Below, in pieces: positions 53,284-62,718 of a DNA stretch of 64,000 nucleotides (position 1 is its first letter; every line of letters begins with the position of its first letter). A model generated the notes under the pieces. It ran no database searches. It saw only the letters and a list, made by a program, of their open reading frames with translations, and had not been told where the DNA came from. Position numbers and translations under genes: made by a program. The stretch spans positions 29,826 to 93,825 of IMG/VR virus record IMGVR_UViG_3300031772_000007. One strand, 5' to 3'. Source of the DNA: a virus.

Positions 53284-53757
53284 ATGGCAACGAGGTCAAA
53301 GGCGAGCGCGGTCCGAATCGGGAAGCTCTCCCGTCGGAAGGGGAAGGTGTTCGAGCAGTTCGTCTCCCGGGAGCTGCGCGCGATCTTCGGAGGAGGCATC
53401 AAGCGCGGGTGGCAGGCTCGTGAGGGGGCGGACGCCCCCGACGTGGACGGCTCTCCGTACTGGGTGGAGTGCAAGCACCACCAGCGGGTCAACATCCAGG
53501 CAGCGGTCCTTCAGGCAGCCCAGGCTGTCGCCGACGCGCACGACTCGCGCCCGGTCGTCGTCGTCTCCAAGGACAACCGCACCGAGCCGCTGGTCACGAT
53601 GCTCCTCCCTGCATGGCTCGATCTCGTCCGCGCGACGCAAGCACCTCGTCCCGTGCTCCCGGTCCCCGCCGCGGAAGCGGAGCCCGTCGTGTTCCTGCGT
53701 TCGACCTCCGAAGCGCTCCCCACCAGCTTCCAGCTCGCCCAGCCGCCGGAGAGCTGA
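53284..53757 (+). CDS. Holliday junction resolvase (Hjc-like PD-(D/E)xK)
   Basis: SRRKGKVFE, PDV, WVECK; GGGAGG RBS; only credible plus-strand gene. Confidence 0.8.
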   Translation: MATRSKASAVRIGKLSRRKGKVFEQFVSRELRAIFGGGIKRGWQAREGADAPDVDGSPYWVECKHHQRVNIQAAVLQAAQAVADAHDSRPVVVVSKDNRTEPLVTMLLPAWLDLVRATQAPRPVLPVPAAEAEPVVFLRSTSEALPTSFQLAQPPES

Positions 53758-53867
53758 CCTCGCTCGTCCCAGGTGGACGGGTGTGATAGAACCTGCGCGC
53801 GGCTCGGGCGGTCAATGCCCCTGAGAGCAACCCCCCTGCGCTCAGATCAGCGCGCCCGAGCCGTAGT

Positions 53868-54194
53868 TCAACGCCCCGCGTCAGAGGTCCCCGCGTCGAT
53901 TCCTGCGTCCACCGGGGGTCCGCACCGCTTCCAGGCTTCGTCTATCCAGCGCTGGGAAGCCCGTAGGCGCGTTTCGAGCACCAACCCTGCGTCAACGGTC
54001 AGGCAGCCCGCGAACATCGCAGGGCAGCCCGCGTCGGCCCGCACGAGCCGTGTTCTTTCAAGGGGTGGGGGCGGATCCAGGCGGCACGCCGCCGCCTCGG
54101 GGGTCGGTGCCGTAGGCTCCGGGCACAGGCACTTCTGGAGGGTCGAGCAGCCGGTCGAGGCGGTCAGCAACAGCATCGGGAGTAGAGCACGCAT
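53868..54194 (-). CDS. o-spanin (Rz1-like lipoprotein)
   Basis: Lipobox LTASTGC; Pro-rich; overlaps the i-spanin. Confidence 0.75.
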   Translation of the reverse strand: MRALLPMLLLTASTGCSTLQKCLCPEPTAPTPEAAACRLDPPPPLERTRLVRADAGCPAMFAGCLTVDAGLVLETRLRASQRWIDEAWKRCGPPVDAGIDAGTSDAGR

Positions 54195-54453
54195 GTAGGT
54201 CCGCCTCCAGGTTGGAGATTTCCGCCTTGAGCCCTGCGATGACCGCCTCCAGGCGGCTCTGCGCGTCGTCCTCGGTGACCCGGATCTTCGCGAGCTGCTG
54301 CGCGGCGTCCGCCAGCTTGGCCTTCAGCACGTCCACCTGCGCCAGCGCCGCGCCCGTCTCTGCGCGAGCCGCCACCAGGAGCCCCCAAAGGACGGCAGAG
54401 GCGACGACCGCGCCCGCGAGCAGCAGGATGAGGGCTGCAAGAACCCAGGTCAT
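54058..54453 (-). CDS. i-spanin (Rz-like)
   Basis: N-terminal TM plus coiled coil. Confidence 0.75.
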   Translation of the reverse strand: MTWVLAALILLLAGAVVASAVLWGLLVAARAETGAALAQVDVLKAKLADAAQQLAKIRVTEDDAQSRLEAVIAGLKAEISNLEADLHACSTPDAVADRLDRLLDPPEVPVPGAYGTDPRGGGVPPGSAPTP

Positions 54454-54559
54454 CTACGCCTCCAGATGAACCGGCGCAGAACCTTGATGCCGGTGCGGTG
54501 GCAGAGCCACGGCGCGCAGTGGAACGCGCGCTTGTAGCGCATCCTGTACCGCCGGGTGA

Positions 54560-55099
54560 TCACGGCTTGGGCGGGTCGGCCGGGGCGGGCGCGGGCAGCG
54601 CCGGAGCCTTCCGGGAGGTCCACCAGTCGTACAAGTCCTTCGCCAGCTCCCAAAGGGCTGCGCCGGAGAGCGACACCACCAGCACCGGCTTCGCCAGGCT
54701 CCAGTCGATCTTCTCGCCCGCGAGCAGCGCGCCGGAGAGCCCCGCGGCGACGGTCGTTGCGAAGTTGAGCACCCAGCCGCCGATCTTCGTGCCGAAGAGG
54801 AAGGCCAGCGCCTTGTCGAGCGGGTTGGTGTCGGCCAGGGCTGCCCGAATCTTCGCTCCGTAGACCCGGATGATGCCCACCAGCACGACGAGGACTGCCG
54901 CCGCCACCGTGCCCCACGCGCCGTCCTTGACGGCGTGGAAGGCGATCTTGATGAACGCGGTGAGCCCGCTCGGGTCGGTTGGGACCGCGGGAGCGGTCTG
55001 CGCGAGCGCAGTCGCGGCGCAGAAGCAGACGAGGAACATCAGGGAGCTGACGATGCCGGTGAGGAACAGCTTTCGGTGCTGCCGGTACAGGTCGAGCAT
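54560..55099 (-). CDS. Putative holin
   Basis: Several TM segments; between endolysin and spanins. Confidence 0.65.
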   Translation of the reverse strand: MLDLYRQHRKLFLTGIVSSLMFLVCFCAATALAQTAPAVPTDPSGLTAFIKIAFHAVKDGAWGTVAAAVLVVLVGIIRVYGAKIRAALADTNPLDKALAFLFGTKIGGWVLNFATTVAAGLSGALLAGEKIDWSLAKPVLVVSLSGAALWELAKDLYDWWTSRKAPALPAPAPADPPKP

Positions 55100-55195
55100 G
55101 GGTGCGTCCTCCAGTTGCGCGCCCCCGAGTCGAACAGGGTCCTCCGGCTTATGAGGCCAGCGGGGTGCCGTTCCCCCAGCGCACGGGACGGAAAG

Positions 55196-55888
55196 CTACC
55201 CTGCGCCGAACACGCTGTCCAGCGCACCCGGCAGGTGGACCTGGAGCCATAGGTCGCCGGGGTCGTCTCGCCGGGTCGGGTCGAACTGATGGTGCCCGTA
55301 GGAGCACTCCAAGCGCGGCCACTGGAGCTTTGCCACCAGCGCTTCGAGCAACCGGGTCGCTGAAGCCACCTGCGCCGGAGGAAATTCGTCGTACCAGACG
55401 CCGTTCTGCTGTCGGGCTCGGCCTGCGTCGATGAGGTACTTGGGGTCGGGCTTCTTCGTTCCTGAGTCCACCCACGGCCAGCAGTAGAACTGCCCGCCGA
55501 CCTGCCTCAAGATGCCTGCGTTCTCCAGCTCGACTCCCACCGTGCCCCGGTTGATGTTCCCGAACAGGTGCCCGCCGATGCGCCCCGGTCGCCCGACGTG
55601 CCAGGAGCCCTTGTTGAAGGGCACGCTCTGGTAGATGCGTCCGTCCTTGCCGATGAGGCAGGTCCAGCTCGCGGCCACGTCGATGCCCTTGCGGTACTTC
55701 TGGATGCTGGTCGCCAGGTTCAGCCCGTAGTCGGGGTTCGTGCAGACGCCGCTGGTCCAGTGCCAGACGATGCCCAGTGGGAACGGTACGTCAAGAGTGC
55801 AGGTGCGCGTAGAGGGCAGCTTGACCAGCGCTGGTAGCCCGGCGTCAGCCGCCTGTGCCTGGAGCCACCAGTCCTTGCCGACCTGCAC
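55196..55888 (-). CDS. Endolysin, N-acetylmuramoyl-L-alanine amidase (Amidase_2)
   Basis: IVWHWT, SWHVG, GVELEN, GHH...DPG. Confidence 0.88.
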   Translation of the reverse strand: MQVGKDWWLQAQAADAGLPALVKLPSTRTCTLDVPFPLGIVWHWTSGVCTNPDYGLNLATSIQKYRKGIDVAASWTCLIGKDGRIYQSVPFNKGSWHVGRPGRIGGHLFGNINRGTVGVELENAGILRQVGGQFYCWPWVDSGTKKPDPKYLIDAGRARQQNGVWYDEFPPAQVASATRLLEALVAKLQWPRLECSYGHHQFDPTRRDDPGDLWLQVHLPGALDSVFGAG

Positions 55889-55909
55889 GGTGTCCCCCTG
55901 CGCTTGGTC

Positions 55910-56158
55910 CTACTTCTTGCACTTGCTCCGGTCGATGCCCAGATGCGCCGAGCAGGCGTTGTAGCAGTGCTTCTGCGCCACCGGGTCGTCGCCCAGCATG
56001 GTGCAGCCCTTCATGCAGCCCTCCTGCTTGTCCTGCGCGGCTTGCAGGCACGGGTCGAGCTTGACCACCGCGGCCACCGGAGCCTTCTTGACCGGCTTGG
56101 CCTCCGCGCAGCAGGTGGCGAGGGCAGCGAGAATCGAAACTGCGAGCATCGTCCTCAT
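55910..56158 (-). CDS. Secreted 6-Cys mini-protein
   Basis: Signal peptide; C-x10-C-x3-C-x12-C-x3-C-x10-C. Confidence 0.65.
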   Translation of the reverse strand: MRTMLAVSILAALATCCAEAKPVKKAPVAAVVKLDPCLQAAQDKQEGCMKGCTMLGDDPVAQKHCYNACSAHLGIDRSKCKK

Positions 56159-56379
56159 GGCGTTCCTCCGTCAGTCGTCCAGCAGAGCTTCTTCGCCGCC
56201 TCGAAGGCGACGTTGCACCTATCGAGGCACCTTGACGGGTCCGAGTGCCCGGCGTCTGCGTAGCACCCGCGCCAGCAGGCGTCCTTCGCGGTCGCAGCCG
56301 CCTTCATGCACGTCGGGTCGTAGCCCGCGAGAGCGACGACCGCCGCGACCAGTACCGCCCCTGCAATCAGCTTTTTCAT
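56155..56379 (-). CDS. Secreted 6-Cys mini-protein (paralog)
   Basis: Signal peptide; C-x10-C-x3-C-x11-C-x3-C-x10-C. Confidence 0.65.
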   Translation of the reverse strand: MKKLIAGAVLVAAVVALAGYDPTCMKAAATAKDACWRGCYADAGHSDPSRCLDRCNVAFEAAKKLCWTTDGGTP

Positions 56380-56390
56380 GGTGGTTCTCC

Positions 56391-57863
56391 TCACTCAATC
56401 CGAGCAACGCTCAGGTCCGCCCCGATGAGAATGTAGCCAGCGTCGTACACTTCCCAGAAGTAGTGGTACTGCCCGTCGATGTAGAGGGTCGTGCCGTCGC
56501 AGCTCGTCGAGTTGGGGTTGGCGTAGCCGCAGTAAGAAATACGCGCGCTGCTCGGACCGAACGGCGTGAAGTGGGTGAGGCAGTCCGCCATATCGTGACG
56601 GCAGAGGTGGAATGTCGAGCCGTTCGACGGGGCGTAGTTCGCGTAGCAATCCTGGCTCGAAACCCAGTCGAGGGTGACTACGTTGCCCGGTTGGTCGGCG
56701 CTGAACGCTCGGTAGGGGGGAGTCGTGGAGCAGACGACCGCAACCCCAATCACGTTGGCCTGCTTCGGAGCGCCACCGAACGAGAACACGTCCGAGCCCG
56801 CCGTGGTGTGCGCGAAGGAGTTGTAGACGTTGGTCTTGACCGCGCCAAGGTTATAGACGGCTGCCCCGTTTCCCAAGAAGGCCGTGTTGGTGACGGACAG
56901 GTAGCCCTTCGAGGTGTCCTCGATGTAGATGCTGGAGTACCCCGCCGGGTTGAAGAGGTCGCGGTACAGGGAGATGTTGGTGTTGAACTCGGAGTAGAGG
57001 AGGTTGTTGTACGCAGGGTCCACCCTGAACGTGTCGTTGACGAACTGGACGCGGTTCGGCGTGTTGACGTAGACGCCCGCGTTCGACCCAGCGAACGCGA
57101 TGTCAATCCACGCCCCACCTGCCGTGATGTACGCCCCGTACCCGGTGCCTGCGCCCGCGTCGATGACGGTGCCCGGCTCCTTGATGGTGAAGGTCGTGCC
57201 GGAGTTGACGCCCCAGTAGCCCGCCACCCAGACCTGGCTCGCGTTGTTGCCGATGATGGGGTAGCCGTCCGGGTCGCCGTCGATGGCGAGGAACTTCCCG
57301 ACCAGCGAATCGTCGGACCAGCCGCCGTCAGCAATCATCCAGCCGCCATCCCAACCGCCGCCGGGGTCCGCCGAGACGACATCACCTGTCGCTGCGCCGG
57401 AGCCAAGCGTGGAGGTGATTGGGGTGCCGTAGACGTTGATGACGCTGTTGAGGTGGGAGCACTGGTTGAACCCGTCCATGACGACCGGAGGGTACTCGCC
57501 CACGTCCACGTCGATGTTGACGTTGTGGCAGACGTTGGTGGGAATCTTCATCACCGCTCCCTGAATGGTCGCGCACGGGGTTCCCCAGCCCGCGCAGTCG
57601 TTGGCGTCGGAGCCGCCGTCCGCGCTGACGAAGTAGGTGACGCCTCCGCCGGTCTGCTCGGACACCGCGCTCCAGCGCCCTGCACGGTACGTCTGCGCGT
57701 AGTTCTGGTCGAGGTCGTAGTAGAGCCCGCCGCTCTTGTCGTTGGTCCCGCCCGGCGGTCCGTGCCGCTTGTCGAGGACGAGCACCTTGCCCTGCTGTGA
57801 CGCCGCGAGCGCTCCTGCGGCGAGGAGGCAGGCGACGACGGCTGCAATTTGAGTGGTCTTCAT
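56391..57863 (-). CDS. Signal-peptide-bearing beta-helix/tailspike-like protein
   Basis: Sec signal; YFVSADGGSDANDC...CATIQGA motif. Confidence 0.65.
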   Translation of the reverse strand: MKTTQIAAVVACLLAAGALAASQQGKVLVLDKRHGPPGGTNDKSGGLYYDLDQNYAQTYRAGRWSAVSEQTGGGVTYFVSADGGSDANDCAGWGTPCATIQGAVMKIPTNVCHNVNIDVDVGEYPPVVMDGFNQCSHLNSVINVYGTPITSTLGSGAATGDVVSADPGGGWDGGWMIADGGWSDDSLVGKFLAIDGDPDGYPIIGNNASQVWVAGYWGVNSGTTFTIKEPGTVIDAGAGTGYGAYITAGGAWIDIAFAGSNAGVYVNTPNRVQFVNDTFRVDPAYNNLLYSEFNTNISLYRDLFNPAGYSSIYIEDTSKGYLSVTNTAFLGNGAAVYNLGAVKTNVYNSFAHTTAGSDVFSFGGAPKQANVIGVAVVCSTTPPYRAFSADQPGNVVTLDWVSSQDCYANYAPSNGSTFHLCRHDMADCLTHFTPFGPSSARISYCGYANPNSTSCDGTTLYIDGQYHYFWEVYDAGYILIGADLSVARIE

Positions 57864-57874
57864 GGCTCTCCTCG

Positions 57875-60517
57875 CTACTGCTGGTAGATGCGGCTACCCG
57901 TCTCCAAGTCGAAGATGCTGATGTCCTCGATGGAGCGCAGGTACGCGATGGTGTAGTTCTCGTAGCCCAGGACAATCTCGTTCCCGGTCGCGGTGATGGT
58001 GCTGTTCCCGCTGAGCGCCACCGTGCCGCCTTGGAAGACCCGCATCCCGAGCCCGTTGCCGGAGCCCTGGAGCGCGCTGGCGGTGACGGTCGAGTGCCCC
58101 CAGACATCCAGCGCGAGGGCGCAGTTGTTCATCTCATCGCTCCCGAGGTTCAGCGTTCCGAGCGCGCTCTCCCCGCCGTAGCTGAGCCCACCCTTCATGT
58201 TGAGGCACGTCCCGCCCGCGCCCTGGAAGAAGGTGTTGAAGATGGCGGAGTCCACCATCGAGCCGAGGTCCACGCTGTCGTAGGTCGTCGGGGAAATCCA
58301 GTTCGTGAACATCCCAAGCTGCCCGGCGTTCAGGGAGAGCGCGGTCGCCGTGCCGGTGAACAGCGAGTTGGTGACGTAGAGCGCCAAGCTGGGGCCAGAT
58401 GCCAGGATGCCGTAGTACCCGGTATTGTTGAGCACCGACCCGGTGAGCGACATGGTGTGGTTGCTCGTGTCGTAGACCTGGAAGTAGTTGATGGCCGACC
58501 CGAACGCGCAGTTGGTGCAGCTCGCCGAAGCGCCATTCTCGATGACCAGCCCGTAGTTGGCGCTCGCATTGAACTTGATGCCGGTGACGATGAAGTTGTC
58601 CATCCCTGACACCAGTGCGTTCCAGCCGGGGTTCACCGGGGTCGAGTTGATGACGACGCCCCAGTCCTGGATGGCGTAGGTCGAAGTCCCGTCCGGCGCT
58701 CCGCCGTAGAAGATGGTAGCGACGGTCACGCTGGTCGCGTCGTTTGCCACGATGGGGAAGCTGAAGTAGGAGTGCCCGGCTCCGGCGGTGATGTTCAGGA
58801 CGTACCCGACCAGCTCTCCCGGCGTCCAGGTCTGCGTGGCGTCCACCAGCGTTCCGAACAGGAGCGGGTTGCTGCCGCCCGTCGTGCCGCCCGAGGCAGT
58901 CCCGGTAGCTGAGCCGGTCGAGAGGGTCGCGTCCACCATCGCCCCGTTGAGGAAGACGCCGCCGACTCCCTGCCCTCCGCCGGAGCCCGGCTTGGCCTGC
59001 GTGCGCGAGAGCGCGCGGAAGTTGCCGTAGTTCCCCGCCGCGACGTTGATGGCGACGTTGTGCTGAATTCGCACCGGCAGCTTGTCGATGGCTCCTTGGA
59101 TGGTCGCGCACGCCCCGGTCCCGACTGCCGTGCAGCTTCCGAGGTCGTTGCCGGTCGGGTCAACGTAGAGCTGCACGTCGGCGGAGGTCGCGGCGAGCTT
59201 TCGGTTGAAGGCGGTCCAGTCGGGAACGCTCAGGATGCCTGCGTCGTTCGCTCCCGCGTAGTCGCTGGAGATGTTAGGGGTGGTGCCGCCTGAGCTGTGC
59301 ATCGGCCCGGTGGCAGTCACGCCCGTCACGCCGAACGGTCCCGCGTCCTCCGCGCCGACCAGGAAGTTGTACCAGGCGCTCCCGTTGGAGCCCTGGAAGG
59401 TGCCGGTCGTGAGGTTGGCGAAGGTTGCTCCGGTGGTGGCAGTCCCTGCGTCGGGGCGCTGCGCCGCCGTGCCTACGGGGAACCGGGTCATGTTGCCGAC
59501 TTCGGCTCCGGGGGCCAGGACGCTCATCGCCACGCCCGGCTCGTAGATGCGTGAGGTGGTCGTCCGGTCGAGGTAGTTCCTCGGGGTCAGCGTCCGAAGG
59601 GTCGCCATCGAGAGGGTGAACCCGTCCACGTTCAGCTCGTTCGGCGTGGAGAGCATCAGGTCCCCGGCGAGCTGCACGACGCCGCCCTGCACGACGTTGA
59701 TGGCCCGCGGGACGGTGGAGAAGATGCTCTGCTGAACCAGCGCCCGGCTCCCGTAGCCGACCTGCACCTGCGCGGTGGAGTTGGAGGAGTCGAACCGGCA
59801 GCCGGTGATGGCCGCCTGCTGATTGGGCACGATGTTGTAGACGCTGATGCCGGTGGCGACGGAGTTGGCCGAGAAGCGAATCCGCTCGATGGTCAGCGGC
59901 ACCGTGGCGGAGAGCATCGTCGCGCCGGTCGCCGCCGAGCCAATGACGTTCGCGCTCCAGTCCTGAATGGCGTAGGTCGAGGTGCTGTTCGGGGCGGTCC
60001 ACGGTCCTTGGATGGTGATGGTCGTCGCGGTGTTGGAGACGATGGCCCCGAGCTGCCCGACGCCCGTGCCCTTCAGAATCTCGACCACCTTGCCTGCGAG
60101 GGCGTTGGTGCCCCAGCCGCCGCCCGTGTCAATGAGGGTGCCGTTCACGGTCACGCTGCCCGCGGTTCCGCCGGTCGCCGTGCCGGTGTTCCGCCCGGTG
60201 ACGGTCGCCTTCAGGTAGTAGCCGCGCAGCCGCAGCGAGCCACCCGAGTTGACGTTGAACCCGCCCACGTTCGCGCCGTCCCGGTAGGTGCCGGGCATCA
60301 GGTTCACGATGACGTTGTGGTCGATGGTCTGCGGGACGTGCCCGAGGGCTCCCTGGATGGTCTTGCAGGGCGTCTCCAGGTGGACGCAGTTGTACCCGTC
60401 CGTGCCCTTCGCGGGGTCAATCCAGAACTCCAAGTCCTGCGTCGTGCTCGTGCCGGGGACTTGCGCCAGCGCCGAAACCGAGGCGAGCAGCGCCAGCAAG
60501 GGGATGAGCTTCTTCAT
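57875..60517 (-). CDS. Signal-peptide-bearing tail fibre/tailspike-like protein with a duplicated module
   Basis: MKKLIPLLALLASVSALAQ; two copies of CxTIQGA...HNV...GxY...STYAIQDW. Confidence 0.7.
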   Translation of the reverse strand: MKKLIPLLALLASVSALAQVPGTSTTQDLEFWIDPAKGTDGYNCVHLETPCKTIQGALGHVPQTIDHNVIVNLMPGTYRDGANVGGFNVNSGGSLRLRGYYLKATVTGRNTGTATGGTAGSVTVNGTLIDTGGGWGTNALAGKVVEILKGTGVGQLGAIVSNTATTITIQGPWTAPNSTSTYAIQDWSANVIGSAATGATMLSATVPLTIERIRFSANSVATGISVYNIVPNQQAAITGCRFDSSNSTAQVQVGYGSRALVQQSIFSTVPRAINVVQGGVVQLAGDLMLSTPNELNVDGFTLSMATLRTLTPRNYLDRTTTSRIYEPGVAMSVLAPGAEVGNMTRFPVGTAAQRPDAGTATTGATFANLTTGTFQGSNGSAWYNFLVGAEDAGPFGVTGVTATGPMHSSGGTTPNISSDYAGANDAGILSVPDWTAFNRKLAATSADVQLYVDPTGNDLGSCTAVGTGACATIQGAIDKLPVRIQHNVAINVAAGNYGNFRALSRTQAKPGSGGGQGVGGVFLNGAMVDATLSTGSATGTASGGTTGGSNPLLFGTLVDATQTWTPGELVGYVLNITAGAGHSYFSFPIVANDATSVTVATIFYGGAPDGTSTYAIQDWGVVINSTPVNPGWNALVSGMDNFIVTGIKFNASANYGLVIENGASASCTNCAFGSAINYFQVYDTSNHTMSLTGSVLNNTGYYGILASGPSLALYVTNSLFTGTATALSLNAGQLGMFTNWISPTTYDSVDLGSMVDSAIFNTFFQGAGGTCLNMKGGLSYGGESALGTLNLGSDEMNNCALALDVWGHSTVTASALQGSGNGLGMRVFQGGTVALSGNSTITATGNEIVLGYENYTIAYLRSIEDISIFDLETGSRIYQQ

Positions 60518-60542
60518 GTTTCCTCCGAGGGGGTAGGGCATA

Positions 60543-60971
60543 TCACGGGACCGGGGTGGAAGTGGGCTCCAAGAGCAGAGTCGAGAGGGGCACCACCGGC
60601 CAGCGCTTGTGGCCCACGTCGGTGTACCAGATGTCGAAGACGTACCGGCGCGGGTCGAGCCTCTTGGTCGTCGCCGGGGTGCCGGTAAAGGTGGCACAGA
60701 CGCCCGCGAACTCCGCGACGAGGGAGAACGCCGCCTGCGAGTCGAGGCTGGAGGTCTTGGCGGTCATCACCAGGGAGCCGCCGGACAGCGTGACGAGGTG
60801 CCGCGCCGGGTCGAACACGGTCAGCCGGATGGTGAAGTCCTCGCCCTTGGTAATTCGGATGGTGGTGCGCGCGTTGGTCGGCGCTCCCGCGCGCTGCGCT
60901 GCGCCGTCCTCCAGCAGCCCGATGAGGTCGATGACCACGCTTCGCTCCTTGACCCCCTCGCCTTCTAGCAC
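60543..60971 (-). CDS. Virion protein, BppU N-terminal-like
   Basis: KGEDFTIRLTV...LSG...YVFDIW pattern. Confidence 0.55.
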   Translation of the reverse strand: MLEGEGVKERSVVIDLIGLLEDGAAQRAGAPTNARTTIRITKGEDFTIRLTVFDPARHLVTLSGGSLVMTAKTSSLDSQAAFSLVAEFAGVCATFTGTPATTKRLDPRRYVFDIWYTDVGHKRWPVVPLSTLLLEPTSTPVP

Positions 60972-60979
60972 ACCTCGGG

Positions 60980-61198
60980 CTACTGCGCTCCTACCACCGT
61001 GTCGATGATGCCGCCCTCTCCTTCGGTCAGGTCGTCGAAGCAGTGGACGGTAACGTGATGGGCGTCGTTGTCGATGCAGGAGACGCCGTAGAACCGCGCC
61101 CCGTCGTTCGGGTACTGAGGCAGCCCCACCCCCACGATTGCGAGCGTCAGCACCCCGGCGTCAACCGCGTGGTCCTTCTCGTAGGGTCGGTTCGTCAT
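60980..61198 (-). CDS. Hypothetical tail-associated protein
   Basis: Coupled ORF. Confidence 0.5.
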   Translation of the reverse strand: MTNRPYEKDHAVDAGVLTLAIVGVGLPQYPNDGARFYGVSCIDNDAHHVTVHCFDDLTEGEGGIIDTVVGAQ

Positions 61199-61773
61199 GC
61201 GCCAACCTCCTTGACCACCAGCGAGGCGTAGTCACTGTTCGGAGCCGTGACGGGCCGGATGCGACCCGTGCCTGCGCTCACGAGCCACTGGAGTTTGACG
61301 GTGTGCGCCCCCGCGGCCACCGCGTACTTCTTCATCAGCGCAGCGGTGTTCCAGATGGAAGCCCCAGATTGCACCGCCGCCGCCGCAACCTGAACGCCAT
61401 CGACGGTGAGCCGGTACTTGGTGATGGCGGTCGAGGCGTTGTCCCCGCTCGCCGCCGCCTCGATGACCAACGAGCCGTTCGCGGTCGTGGTGATGGCCAC
61501 GGTCAGCAGGTCCACGAAGGACGTGGAGGTCGTCGTCGTGTCGGCAATGATTTCCGCGAAGTCCGTCTTCCGGTACTGCCCCGTCAGTTGCAGCCACGTC
61601 GGAGTCACGTCGTAGGTCAGCAGCCAGAGGGAGTTGTCGTCTACCTGCCTGGCAATCTTCCCCACGTCCGCCGAGACGAAGCCCGTCGCGGCGTTCCTGA
61701 TTCCAGCGTTGGCGTAGCCCCAAGCGTAGGGCTGGTGGATGTCGTAGAGGATGAGCGCGTTGTGGAAACCCAT
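61195..61773 (-). CDS. Tail fibre-like virion protein
   Basis: DVGKIARQVDDNSLW; Thr-rich beta-sandwich-like C-terminus. Confidence 0.6.
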   Translation of the reverse strand: MGFHNALILYDIHQPYAWGYANAGIRNAATGFVSADVGKIARQVDDNSLWLLTYDVTPTWLQLTGQYRKTDFAEIIADTTTTSTSFVDLLTVAITTTANGSLVIEAAASGDNASTAITKYRLTVDGVQVAAAAVQSGASIWNTAALMKKYAVAAGAHTVKLQWLVSAGTGRIRPVTAPNSDYASLVVKEVGA

Positions 61774-61782
61774 GCGGTTCTC

Positions 61783-62304
61783 CTAGAGCTGGTACACGAG
61801 GTCACCCGTGGTGGTGACGACGAAGCTGCCGTTGCGCTGAATGACGACCCGAACGAACGTCCCACCAATGGCCGCGTCGAGGTCTGCGAGCGCTCCTTGA
61901 ACGGTGGTGCTCGACGAGTGCGCGAAGCCCGCCGTGTTCACCCCCACGTCCAGCGCCCCCGCGTCGAACTTGAACGACGCCGCGCCGCCGGTCGAGGTGC
62001 CGATGGTTTCGACCACGGTGAAGGTCGTGTTGCCCACCACCGAGGCGACGTGGAAGGTGCCGTCCCCAAGCCCGCCGCTCGTGCCGGAGAGCACCACGAG
62101 GTCGCCCGCCTCGACGGGGTGGTCCATGCTGTCGCGGATTCCTCCCCCGTCCGCGGCGAGGTTCACCACCACCGTCTGCGTTCCCGATGTCGTCGAGACG
62201 ACGGTGGTGGTGAAGTTGACGGTCGCACCCGCGCCGCCGGGAGACTTCAGCTCGGGCGCATCTACGAAGTCCACGTCAACGATGTCGGACTTCGAGATGC
62301 CCAC
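61783..62304 (-). CDS. Virion structural protein
   Basis: Thr/Gly-rich; TTVQGALADLD. Confidence 0.6.
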   Translation of the reverse strand: MGISKSDIVDVDFVDAPELKSPGGAGATVNFTTTVVSTTSGTQTVVVNLAADGGGIRDSMDHPVEAGDLVVLSGTSGGLGDGTFHVASVVGNTTFTVVETIGTSTGGAASFKFDAGALDVGVNTAGFAHSSSTTVQGALADLDAAIGGTFVRVVIQRNGSFVVTTTGDLVYQL

Positions 62305-62307
62305 GGG

Positions 62308-62718
62308 CTACTCCTTCTTGGCTCGCGGCTTCCGCCCTTTGGTCGTCTCGACGGACACGACAGGCTGCGCCGCCTCACCCTGCGGCTGCCCGGCGACCCT
62401 GGCGGCTTCCTCGCGCTCCTTGGCGCGCTCCGCCGACTCGATGGCCGCTCGCTCCGCCTGCACCACGAAGCCGTTGATGGTGTTGTAGACGATGGAGCTG
62501 ACCGCCGCGAACCCGTTGGCCTGCCCCTCGGCCATCTTCGCCTGCGCCCTGAAGCTGTCCGCCTGGTTCATGCACGCCTGCCGCTGCCGCTCGCAGTCGT
62601 TGTAGAGCTGCATCAGCACGCTCTGGAGGACGCCGTGCCCCTTCTCGTCCACAACGCCCATCCGGAGGAGGTCCGTCATCCGCTGCCGCAGCTTGACCTG
62701 AGATTCACCCGCTTCCAT
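62308..62718 (-). CDS. Hypothetical coiled-coil protein
   Basis: Packed ORF. Confidence 0.55.
   Translation of the reverse strand: MEAGESQVKLRQRMTDLLRMGVVDEKGHGVLQSVLMQLYNDCERQRQACMNQADSFRAQAKMAEGQANGFAAVSSIVYNTINGFVVQAERAAIESAERAKEREEAARVAGQPQGEAAQPVVSVETTKGRKPRAKKE

Noticed and set aside
57875-60517. Duplicated fibre module as a diversity-generating retroelement TR/VR pair
   Set aside because: The copies are diverged throughout rather than only at adenines, and no reverse transcriptase is in the window.
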